Shown here: piece after piece, positions 1 to 8,224 of the stretch
How positions within the stretch are numbered: the stretch's first letter is position 1
Layout: every line of letters starts with the position of its first letter
NCBI GenBank assembly: GCA_044344255.1
Contig: JBIJDH010000001.1
Span: 512,001 to 576,000, forward strand
Source of the DNA: Myxococcota bacterium
Lineage (GTDB): Bacteria; Myxococcota_A; UBA796; UBA2385
DNA length: 64,000 nt
Direction of reading: 5' to 3'
Made by a program: the position numbers and the translations under genes
Notes under the pieces: model-generated
Seen by the model: only the letters and a program-made list of their open reading frames with translations
Databases searched by the model: none
What the model was told of the DNA's origin: nothing

Positions 1-89
1 TTGTGGGCCCGCTGGTGCTGGAAGAGCGCGAGGGCGGTGGCCTCAAAATCTCCGCCCTCGAGGATGAATCGTCGGAGGGTGGCCTTCAT
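1..89 (-). CDS. 5' fragment of a probable LuxE-like acyl-protein synthetase/acyltransferase (runs off window start)
   Basis: Manual translation from ATG at 89 gives MKATLRRFILEGGDFEATALALFQHQRAH, with GGAG upstream. FE.xAL.LF..Q resembles N-termini of this family; only 29 codons are visible. Confidence 0.45.
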   Translation of the reverse strand, partial: MKATLRRFILEGGDFEATALALFQHQRAH

Positions 90-147
90 GACACTCCCAC
101 AGTTCAGGCCCGGTAACCCGGGGCCCCCCGGGGGTCCGCCGGAACGA

Positions 148-1410
148 TCAGCCCAGGTCGACGAGGGAGAGGTCGAGCGCGCGCAGGAAGCCCTGGAGCT
201 GCCGCCTGGTGATGGTGAGCGGGGGCACCACGGCCAGCACCTCGCCCGTGGCGGCCTCTCCGGCCGGCAGGAGCAGGTAGCCCCGCTGGAGCAGCGCCCG
301 GCTGAGCAGGAAGGCGCGCTCATGGACAACACCGAGCATCAGCCCCACGCCTCGCACGGTGAGGCCGCGCCGCTCGAGCTCGGCCCGCAGCCAGGCCCCT
401 TGGGCCTCCACTGTGGGCACGACGGCCTCGAGGACGCCCATGCAGGCGAGGGCCATCGCGCAGCCCACCGGGTTGCCGAGGAAGGTCTGGGTGTGGAGCG
501 CCGGGCCCCGCGAGGCCCCCCAGGCGTCCATCACCTCGGCGGTGCCGACGCAGGCCGAGATCGGGAAGCCGCCGGCCATGCCCTTGCCGAGGCAGAGGAG
601 ATCGGGCCGCACGCCCTCGGCCTGGAAGCGGAACCAGGCCCCCGTGCGGCCGAAGCCCGTGTAGACCTCGTCGAAGATCACGACAGCGCCTGCATCGTGG
701 GCCGCGTCGATCAGCGAGGCGAGCCAACCTGCAGGGGGGAGCCGCATCCCTCCCCTGCCCTGCACGGGCTCGACCAGCACGGCGCCGACGTCGGAGAGGT
801 CAGGCAAGGCTCCGCCGTAGGGGGCCCAGCGCACGTGCGGGCCCATCTGCCCTTCGAAGGGCGCCCGCATGCTGGCGCGGCCATAGTCGGTCTCGCTCAG
901 CGCCCCGTAGGAGAGCCCGTGGTAGCCGCCCTCGAAGGCGAGCACCCGGTCGCGGCCGGTGGCCATCCGGGCGGTCTTGAGCGCGGCCTCGACGGCGTCG
1001 GAGCCCGAAGAGCCGAGGATGCTCCGCGCGAGCCCCGTCTTCTCGGCGAGGGCGTCGAGGAGCTCGATCCGACGCGGATCGGGGAAGGCATCCCCCATCG
1101 CGTGGAGCAGCGTGCCGGCCTGTCGCCGGGCGGCGCGGACCACGGCGGGGTGGCTGTGCCCCACCGAGGCGACGCCGAAGCCGGCGGTGAGGTCTACAAA
1201 TACGTTGCCATCGACGTCCTCGACGTTCGCGCCGCGCGACCGGGCCCAGACGATGGGATCATCGGAGGCGGCGCCGAGCAGCGCCGCGCGGCGGGCGCGC
1301 CGGGCGGTGATGGCCGGGCACTCGCGCTGGGCGAGGCGGTCGATCCACGCCTGGGAGCGGGGGCCAGGGATGGCGGTCTGGAGGGCGGGGTGCGACGTTC
1401 CGAAGGGCAT
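148..1410 (-). CDS. Class III PLP-dependent aminotransferase (GABA/acetylornithine aminotransferase-like)
   Basis: Motifs DVDGNVFVDL, GYHG, EPVQGRGG, IFDEVYTGFGRTG and PLP lysine in LCLGKGMAGG. Confidence 0.9.
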   Translation of the reverse strand: MPFGTSHPALQTAIPGPRSQAWIDRLAQRECPAITARRARRAALLGAASDDPIVWARSRGANVEDVDGNVFVDLTAGFGVASVGHSHPAVVRAARRQAGTLLHAMGDAFPDPRRIELLDALAEKTGLARSILGSSGSDAVEAALKTARMATGRDRVLAFEGGYHGLSYGALSETDYGRASMRAPFEGQMGPHVRWAPYGGALPDLSDVGAVLVEPVQGRGGMRLPPAGWLASLIDAAHDAGAVVIFDEVYTGFGRTGAWFRFQAEGVRPDLLCLGKGMAGGFPISACVGTAEVMDAWGASRGPALHTQTFLGNPVGCAMALACMGVLEAVVPTVEAQGAWLRAELERRGLTVRGVGLMLGVVHERAFLLSRALLQRGYLLLPAGEAATGEVLAVVPPLTITRRQLQGFLRALDLSLVDLG

Positions 1411-1556
1411 GGCGCCGCCTAGCCGGTGAGGGGCCCGCCGTCACCGCCGGTGAGCCTCCGCGCACGGGGCCGGGTAGAGTGCGACCAAGCCAACAATGGA
1501 GCCCCCCTGCGCAGCGCCCGCCCGCTCCCCCACCCGCGCGCCCTGGGGCGAGGCCG

Positions 1557-3260
1557 ATGATCGTCGAGCTGCAACGGCCGGGGCACGTCCAGCGCCTCAC
1601 CTACGACGACTTCGAGGCTCGGGTGCGGGAGGGGGCGGTCTCCCCCGAGACGCCGGTGCGCTTCGAGGTCGTCACGGGGGACCGCTTCGTGCCTGCGGGC
1701 GAGCTCGAGCTCTACCGCTCCCTCGCCGCACCCGGCGAGCGCGCCTTCCGCGAGGGCCTCACCAAGCCTGGGATCGCGCTCGCCACGGCCATCCTCGTCG
1801 GGGTGCAGCTCCGCATCTTCTGGCTCGCCCAGGACGGCGAGGCCCGCGGCTGGATGCAGGCCCACCTCGCCAACTCGGGCCCGGCCCTCTTCGAGCAAGG
1901 CGAGGTCTGGCGGCTGCTGACCTACGGCGTCCTCCACTTCGAGCCCGCCCACCTCCTCTTCAACATGTGCTTCCTCGCGTACGCTGGCTACCACCTCGAG
2001 CGGGCGCTCGGCTGGCGGAACCTGCTCGCGCTCTACTTCGGCAGCGTGGTCGCCGGCGGCCTGCTGAGCGTGCTGATGAGCCCCGACCGCCAGAGCATCG
2101 GCGCCAGCGGCGGCGACTTTGGCCTGCTCGGCGCGGCGGTGCTCTTCGGCTGGAAACACTGGGCGGCGATCCCCGCCCGCGCCCGCCAGTACTTCGGCTG
2201 GGCGCTCTTCCCCTACATCCTGACCTCGCTCCTGTCGGGGGCCCAGGCGAGCAACGTCGACAACTGGTGCCACACCGGCGGCCTCCTCGGCGGCGCCCTG
2301 CTGATGGCCCTGCTCGACCCCGAGGTCCTACCCGGGCGGGCGCGGAAGAACCGGCTCGTCCGCCTCGGCCTCGGCGCGGTCATCGGCGCCGCCCTGCTGG
2401 GCCTCGCGACAGGCGGCCTCCGCTTGCTGCCGCTGGCCGACCACGAGGGCACGGGCTGGCGCTTCAAGGCCCCGACCACCTGGACAGAGGGGTGGGCCTT
2501 CACCGGGGATCGAGGGTGGTTCTCCCCCACGGGCCTCGCCAGCCTCTCGGCGGCCACCACCGAGCACAAGGCCCCCCTCACCCTCGACCTCGCGGTGGCG
2601 GCCCTGACCGACCGCCTGCTCACCGGCGGCCCCGAGGCCGAGGTCCTCGCAGACGAGCCCATCCTCCTCGACGGCACGCCCGCGCGCCGGATCCGGGCCC
2701 GCCTCTCCCAGAGCGGCGAGCGCCAGGCGATCACGGCCTGGGTGGTGGTGCGGGGGGTCTACGAGCAGCGCCTCGTCTTCCAATCCACCGAGGCCTCCGC
2801 GGGGCGCTACACCGCCCTCGAGGACGAGATCGCAGCGGCCATCGAGCTCGTCGAGCCTGCGGCGCTCCAAGCAGCGCTCCAAGACGCCCGCACCTGGCCC
2901 ACCGCGCTCGAGCCCTCGATCGCCCTCGCCGAGGCCCTCTCCCGGTACGGCCAGCCCGAGGCCGCCCTGCGGGAGCTCGACCGCGCCCGAGCGCTCTCCC
3001 CCACCGACCCCCGCCCCTGGGTGAGCCGCCTCACCATCACCCAGGTGCACGGCCTCCCCGGCGCCGCCACCCTCGCCCGGGAGGCGCTCGCCGCCGCTCC
3101 CGACGACACCCACCTCCTCACGGTCGCCGCCGAGGCCCTCAAGGCCGACGGGGCCGAGGCCGAGGCCCGCGCGCTGCTCAACGAGGCCTGGGCGCAGCAC
3201 CCCGGCGACCGCCGCCTGAAGCGGATCCGCCTGCGCTGGGGCATGCCCGTCAGCCCCTGA
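1557..3260 (+). CDS. Rhomboid intramembrane serine protease with N-terminal GYF_2-like domain and C-terminal soluble/TPR-like region
   Basis: WRLLTYGVLH, HLLFNM, catalytic GASG and HTGGLLGG; several TM segments; Ala/Leu-rich helical repeats at the C-terminus. ATG 1557 chosen as start. Confidence 0.85.
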   Translation: MIVELQRPGHVQRLTYDDFEARVREGAVSPETPVRFEVVTGDRFVPAGELELYRSLAAPGERAFREGLTKPGIALATAILVGVQLRIFWLAQDGEARGWMQAHLANSGPALFEQGEVWRLLTYGVLHFEPAHLLFNMCFLAYAGYHLERALGWRNLLALYFGSVVAGGLLSVLMSPDRQSIGASGGDFGLLGAAVLFGWKHWAAIPARARQYFGWALFPYILTSLLSGAQASNVDNWCHTGGLLGGALLMALLDPEVLPGRARKNRLVRLGLGAVIGAALLGLATGGLRLLPLADHEGTGWRFKAPTTWTEGWAFTGDRGWFSPTGLASLSAATTEHKAPLTLDLAVAALTDRLLTGGPEAEVLADEPILLDGTPARRIRARLSQSGERQAITAWVVVRGVYEQRLVFQSTEASAGRYTALEDEIAAAIELVEPAALQAALQDARTWPTALEPSIALAEALSRYGQPEAALRELDRARALSPTDPRPWVSRLTITQVHGLPGAATLAREALAAAPDDTHLLTVAAEALKADGAEAEARALLNEAWAQHPGDRRLKRIRLRWGMPVSP

Positions 3261-3292
3261 AGCGTCGCCCACCGGAGGGCGCCGACCACGGC

Positions 3293-3369
3293 TTGACCCC
3301 AGAGGGGCGAAACCATACAGCGTTATTGTTGTACAGCGTTCTTGTTGTACAGCAACTCTGCTGTGCAAC
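3293..3369 (+). promoter_or_regulatory. Putative sigma70 promoter overlapped by a 16-bp-periodic array of near-palindromic boxes
   Basis: TTGACC (3293-3298), 17 nt, TACAGC (3316-3321). Boxes GTTGTACAGC at 3328-3337 and 3344-3353, GCTGTGCAAC at 3360-3369. AT-rich patch in a GC-rich background. Confidence 0.55.
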
Positions 3370-3404
3370 GCGGTCGACGGATCGACAGCGCTCTGGGTGT
3401 CACG

Positions 3405-4310
3405 ATGCACAACGTGGTGGGACCGCCGGTTCGAGGGGATGACTTCTTCGATCGTGAGTCCGAGCAACGGCAGATGTGGCGCTCGCTGGAGCGCCACCAC
3501 GTCCTCCTCTTGGCGCCCCGGCGGGTCGGTAAGACCTCGCTGATGTACCGCCTCGCGGAGCAAGCCCCCGCGAATGGCTTTCGAGCGATCTACGAGAGCG
3601 CGGTCAAGTGTGAGACCGAGCTCGCGCTCGTGAGTCAGCTCTACAAGGCCGTGGCCCTCCAGGACGAGTCCGTCGCTGCGGCCCTCACCGGCGGGCGACT
3701 CGGCCGGCTCGTCGAGCGGGTGAAGGGGTTGAAGGGGCTCGGCGTGGAGCTCGTGCTCAAAGAGATGGCCCCGGAGGACTGGGTCCCCCTCGGTGAGGAG
3801 CTCATCCTGGCCCTTCGCGGCAGCGGCCAGCGGTGGCTCCTGCTCCTGGACGAGCTCCCCGTCTTCGTCGTCCGCCTCTTGGAGCAGGAGAACGGGCGCG
3901 CCCGGGTCCGTCGCCTCCTCGACTGGATGCGTGACGCTCGACAGGGGACGGTCGCGGGCCCGGACTCGTTTCGGTGGCTGCTCGCAGGCTCCATCGGCCT
4001 CGACGCCGTCACTCAGCGGCTCGGCCTCGGCGCTTCGATCAACGATCTCCTCGTCCTGCGGCTCGGCCCGCCCCGGGACGCGCAGGCCCGCGACCTGCTC
4101 AGCGCCTGCGCCCGCGATCCGGAGGGGGCCAGCCGAACGGTCCTGGAGCAGGCCCTCGGCCGACACATCCAGGACCCGGCCACCCGCTCGGGCGACCTCG
4201 CCTGGCTCCTCTCCGTGCTCGAGAACGACGGCTACATCGTGCCCGTCGACGGGAGGCACCGCTTCCGCTCTCCGCTGCTTCAGTCCTACTGGCGCGGGCG
4301 GGCCCCATGA
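3405..4310 (+). CDS. P-loop ATPase (STAND/archaeal-ATPase-like) with C-terminal winged-helix-like segment
   Basis: FFDRE pre-Walker motif, Walker A APRRVGKTS, Walker B LLLLDE, sensor LLAGS; C-terminal LLSVLENDGYI..RHRFRSPLL. Confidence 0.8.
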   Translation: MHNVVGPPVRGDDFFDRESEQRQMWRSLERHHVLLLAPRRVGKTSLMYRLAEQAPANGFRAIYESAVKCETELALVSQLYKAVALQDESVAAALTGGRLGRLVERVKGLKGLGVELVLKEMAPEDWVPLGEELILALRGSGQRWLLLLDELPVFVVRLLEQENGRARVRRLLDWMRDARQGTVAGPDSFRWLLAGSIGLDAVTQRLGLGASINDLLVLRLGPPRDAQARDLLSACARDPEGASRTVLEQALGRHIQDPATRSGDLAWLLSVLENDGYIVPVDGRHRFRSPLLQSYWRGRAP

Positions 4311-6058
4311 CCGACCGACCGGGCCCCACGCTCACCGTCTACAACCCCGATCTGCTCTCCGACGCCGACCTGAAGCGGCAATTCGTCGCCCGGCTCGGCC
4401 TCCTCGAACGACTGATAGGCGACCTTCGCGGCGAGGGGGCCTCGCAGCAGCACCACTTGATCCTGGGCCAGCGCGGGATGGGCAAGACCACCCTCCTCCG
4501 CCGCCTCCGCGGGGCCATCCAGGAGGACGAGGCCCTCCGTCAACTCTGGCTCCCGCTCAGCTTCCCCGAAGAACAATACAATGTCTCCCGACTGAGCGAC
4601 CTCTGGGTCAATTGCCTCGACGCCCTCGGCGACGCCCTCGAGCGCAACGGTGACAAGGCGGGCGCCGCAGCGATCGACGCCCTCGTAGACAGCCTCCCGG
4701 AGTCGGAGGAGGCCCGCGGCCGCGCCGCGCTGGACGGCCTCGTCTCCTGGTCGGAGGCGCAGCGCGGGCTGGTGCTGATGATCGACAACGTCGACCTCCT
4801 GCTCAGCCGGCTGGATGCTCGACAGTGGGCCCTCCGGGAGGTGATGAGCGAGCACCGCCACCTCGTCTGGATCGTGGCGAGCGCGGAGCCCCTCGAGTCC
4901 ACCGCCGAATATGGGTCCGCCTTCTACGACTTCTTCGCCATACACGAGCTCCGCGGCCTCGACTACGAGGAGTCGCGGCAGGTGGTGCTCCGACTGGCGC
5001 AGGTCCACAGCACCCCCCAGGTCAGTCGGGTGCTCGACGAGTCGCCCGGACGCTTTCGCGCCCTCCATGTGCTCACCGGGGGCAATCCCCGCACCCTCGT
5101 GCTGCTCTATCAGGTCTTCGCTCACGACGACGCCAGCAGCGTTCATGTCGATCTGGAGCGGCTCCTCGACATGTGCACGCCCCTGTACAAGGCGCGCTTC
5201 GAGTCCCTCTCTGCCCAGGCCCAGCAGCTCACCGACGCCCTCGCCATCGGCTGGGACCCGATGACCGCCGCCGAGGTCGCGACCGCCACCCGCCTGGAGA
5301 TCAACCTCGTCTCCGCCCAGCTCAATCGCCTCGTCACGATGGGGGTGGTGGAGAAGGTGCCCTTGCCGGCCGGGTCGAAGAGCGGCTTTCAGATCGGGGA
5401 GCGCTTCTTCAACATCTGGTACCTGATGCGGGCCAGCCGCCGGGTGCGGCGTCGACTGGAGTGGCTGGTGCGCTTCCTGGAGGTCTATTACGGGCCGGAG
5501 GGCCTCAAGTCACGCGCGGAGCAGCTGCTCGAGCTGGAGGGAGGCCCCAGGCAGGCCGAGCTCGCCTTCGCCTACTCCCGCGCGGTGTCGGAGCCCGGCC
5601 TGTCACGGGCCCTCGACAACTACGCGGTCGACTGGCTGATGAAGGACGAGACAGGGCTTCGGACTCGACTCGGCGAGCTCTTCGATCTGGAGGGCGAGGA
5701 CCGCGCGGTCGGGACGCTGGCGGAACGGAGGGTGATATGGGCCGAATCCTCCCTCTCCCGCCGCTTCATCTCCGAAGGAGGAGAAGATTTTCATTCGCGG
5801 TGCTGGGCGGACATCGTCCTGTTCTTTCGGGAGGCTGTCCGCACGGGTCATGCCCCCGAGGCCCTCCAGCTCCTCGACGAGACCGGCCAGGGCGAGCGCT
5901 GGCGGCCCCTTCGGGAGGCCGTGGCCGCTGTCGCCGCCGGAGATCCCGAGCTGCTCCTCGCCGTGGCCCCGGAGGTCCGGGTGCCGGCGAGCGCGATCCT
6001 CGACGAGCTCTGGCCCTTGGAGGAGCGGCCGGCCCCGAAGAAGAGGCGGCGGCCCTGA
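4307..6058 (+). CDS. Second STAND-like P-loop ATPase with wHTH and helical C-terminus
   Basis: ATGA overlap with upstream stop; Walker A GQRGMGKTT, Walker B LMIDNVD, STAND-type GGNPR motif, wHTH-like MTAAEVATATRLEINLVSAQLNRLVTMGVVEK. Confidence 0.8.
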   Translation: MTDRPGPTLTVYNPDLLSDADLKRQFVARLGLLERLIGDLRGEGASQQHHLILGQRGMGKTTLLRRLRGAIQEDEALRQLWLPLSFPEEQYNVSRLSDLWVNCLDALGDALERNGDKAGAAAIDALVDSLPESEEARGRAALDGLVSWSEAQRGLVLMIDNVDLLLSRLDARQWALREVMSEHRHLVWIVASAEPLESTAEYGSAFYDFFAIHELRGLDYEESRQVVLRLAQVHSTPQVSRVLDESPGRFRALHVLTGGNPRTLVLLYQVFAHDDASSVHVDLERLLDMCTPLYKARFESLSAQAQQLTDALAIGWDPMTAAEVATATRLEINLVSAQLNRLVTMGVVEKVPLPAGSKSGFQIGERFFNIWYLMRASRRVRRRLEWLVRFLEVYYGPEGLKSRAEQLLELEGGPRQAELAFAYSRAVSEPGLSRALDNYAVDWLMKDETGLRTRLGELFDLEGEDRAVGTLAERRVIWAESSLSRRFISEGGEDFHSRCWADIVLFFREAVRTGHAPEALQLLDETGQGERWRPLREAVAAVAAGDPELLLAVAPEVRVPASAILDELWPLEERPAPKKRRRP

Positions 6059-6077
6059 CGTGGCGGAAGGAGCGAGG

Positions 6078-6449
6078 ATGACCACCGAGAGGGAGAGGCG
6101 CTGTGACCGCGCCGGCTGGCTGGTCGGCCCGGGGGGCTCGGTCGCGGACCGGGCCTGGCGGGAGGGCTCACCCCCCTCGGGCTGCGGCAACCTGGTCTGT
6201 GGACGCTGTGGCCGTGCGGTGCGCTCTGTCGCTGGCGCGCTGCTCGCCCGCCGCCCCAGCGCCGCGGAGTGGCTGGAGCTCCACGACGGCGGCGGCTGGT
6301 CTGCCTGGCTGGAGAGCGGACAGGGCAGCCGCGACTTTCGGACCTACCTGTGCGGCTGCCGCGCCTTCCCCGCCAGTCGGGCGGCGGACCTGCAGGAATT
6401 AGCCCTGGACGACGATCTCCGCTGGGCGTGCGCAGGGCACCCTGGCTGA
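6078..6449 (+). CDS. Small Cys-rich hypothetical protein (putative Zn-binding)
   Basis: AGGAG upstream of ATG 6078; 123 aa with 7 Cys including GCxNLxCxxC, YxCxC and terminal WxCxGH. Confidence 0.7.
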   Translation: MTTERERRCDRAGWLVGPGGSVADRAWREGSPPSGCGNLVCGRCGRAVRSVAGALLARRPSAAEWLELHDGGGWSAWLESGQGSRDFRTYLCGCRAFPASRAADLQELALDDDLRWACAGHPG

Positions 6450-6500
6450 CACACCGCGACCCCGCAGGGACGCGCCCCGCCCTCCCCGCCAGCGAGGCCC

Positions 6501-7646
6501 TCAGCCGGCGCGGGTCCAGATCCGCCAGCTGAAGCCGTCGGTGCCCTCGCGGTGGGGCCAGAGGGTGTGCTCGCTGGCGAGCGTGAAGCCGGGGAGGCTG
6601 GGCTCATGCTCGTTCTCGGCGCGCAACAGGGAGCATGTCGCGTAGACGAGGCGGCCGCCGGGCTGGACCCAGGCGGCGCCCTCGTCGAGGAGCCGGCGCT
6701 GGAGGGGGACCTGCGCGGCGGGATCGAGGCCCCAGCGGAGGGCAGGGTCCCGGCGAAGCCGACCCGAGCCTGTGCAGGGAGCATCGACCAGCACCAGATC
6801 GTAGCGGCCGGAGGGGGGGCCGACCCGCACGTTGGCGCCCGCCCGCGCGGCTCGCTCCCGCAGGCGCTCGAGGGCGTTGCTGCGGCTGTCGCTGGCGTCG
6901 ACCCGCGCCCCGCGCGCCGCCAGCGCGAGGCTCTTCCCGCCAGCCCCGGCGCAGAGGTCGAGCACGCGGGCGCCGTAGAGCGGCCCGAGGGCGTCGATGA
7001 GCAGTTGGCTGGCCTCATCCTGGACCTCGAAGAGGCCCTCGCGGAAGCTCGGCAGGCCCTCGAGGTTGACCCGCTTGAGCACCTGGAGCCCGTCGGGGGC
7101 CCGCGTGCAGGGGCGGGTCGGCGCTCCCTCGGCGAGGAGGCGCAGCGCGACGGCCTCCCGGTCGGCCTTGAGGCGGTTGGCCCGCAGCGTGAGGGGCGCG
7201 CGGGTGGCGAAGGTCGCGCCGAGCTGCCCAGCCTCTTCGGGGCCGAGGCGCTCCAGCCACTCGGTGGCGATCTCGGCGGAGACACCCATGGCGACCGCAT
7301 AGTCACCGACGTCAGAGCCCGTGCTCACGAGCGAGGGCAGGCGATCGCCGGCGACGAGCTGGCGCCAGCCGACGATGAGCTCGGGATCTCCGCCGAAGCC
7401 GGCCGCCCGCAGCAAGGACTCGTGGCGGATGACGCCGTGCACCGCCTCGGCGACGCGGGGCCGGTCTCGGCTGCCGAGCTTGCGCACCTCCCGAAACCAG
7501 CGCGCGAGCACGACCGTGGCGTGGCTCGGTCGGGCGCGGGCGGCCTCGAGGGCCTCGCGGGCGGCGGTGGCGAGGAAGGGCCGACCGAGGGCGTCGGCGA
7601 GCTCGGGGTTCACCTCGGCGGGGAGGGCGCAGCGCAGCAGATCCAT
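6501..7646 (-). CDS. RsmB/NOP2 (Fmu/Sun) family RNA m5C methyltransferase
   Basis: FEVQDEASQ, VLDLCAGAGGKS, VLVDAPCTGSG, LVYATCS..ENE. Confidence 0.9.
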   Translation of the reverse strand: MDLLRCALPAEVNPELADALGRPFLATAAREALEAARARPSHATVVLARWFREVRKLGSRDRPRVAEAVHGVIRHESLLRAAGFGGDPELIVGWRQLVAGDRLPSLVSTGSDVGDYAVAMGVSAEIATEWLERLGPEEAGQLGATFATRAPLTLRANRLKADREAVALRLLAEGAPTRPCTRAPDGLQVLKRVNLEGLPSFREGLFEVQDEASQLLIDALGPLYGARVLDLCAGAGGKSLALAARGARVDASDSRSNALERLRERAARAGANVRVGPPSGRYDLVLVDAPCTGSGRLRRDPALRWGLDPAAQVPLQRRLLDEGAAWVQPGGRLVYATCSLLRAENEHEPSLPGFTLASEHTLWPHREGTDGFSWRIWTRAG

Positions 7647-7649
7647 GGC

Positions 7650-8096
7650 TCAGCTCCGCCGGTAGAGCAGCGACACGGCGGGCGCGGGCTCAAAGGGCAG
7701 CCAGACCTCGCTCCGCAGCCCCTCCGGCGCGGGTCGGAGCTCGACCCGGGGCGCGAAGGGCCCGGCGTCCCAGCAGCAGCCGCCGCCCGGGAGCAGCCCC
7801 ACCACCCGCTCGGTGACCCAGGCGGGGTGCATGAAGTGGTGCACCCGCAGGCGCTGCTCCTCGGGGTCGAAGCGGTACCAGGCGCGGTCCTCGTGGGCGG
7901 GGGCGCCGTCCGCGGCGAAGAGCTGCTCGGAGACCTCGAGGAAGGTGCCGCCGAGCACACGCCGGGCCTCCATCCGGGCCTGGACGGCGGCGCCGTGGCT
8001 CTGGCCGACGCCCGACCAGGCCCCGACGAGAAAGTCGAGCGGCGCGAGGCCATCCGTGGCCACGCTCTCCCACCGCCTCCAGTCCACCTCCGCCAT
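7650..8096 (-). CDS. Hypothetical protein, probable small beta-barrel (DUF1579/nitrobindin-like)
   Basis: LDFLVGAWSG N-terminal motif and alternating beta-strand pattern; ends 3 nt before the RsmB-family gene. Confidence 0.55.
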   Translation of the reverse strand: MAEVDWRRWESVATDGLAPLDFLVGAWSGVGQSHGAAVQARMEARRVLGGTFLEVSEQLFAADGAPAHEDRAWYRFDPEEQRLRVHHFMHPAWVTERVVGLLPGGGCCWDAGPFAPRVELRPAPEGLRSEVWLPFEPAPAVSLLYRRS

Positions 8097-8224
8097 CGAC
8101 GCACCTCCGAGGCGGCATCATGACACGGCACCCCAAGGTCGGCAGCCGGAAGATGGCCGCCGGAAGATGGCCGCCAGGCGGCGCGGCTCGCGCCCTCGGA
8201 GCCGGCCCCAGATATACGGGCCCC

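Noticed and set aside
1557..3260. Rhomboid as the sortase for the MYXO-CTERM-like protein
   Set aside because: Rhombosortases act on GlyGly-CTERM; this gene is 38 kb away and nothing links the two.
3316..3369. Repeats as a mini-CRISPR array
   Set aside because: The units are contiguous 16-mers with no unique spacers, and no cas genes are present.
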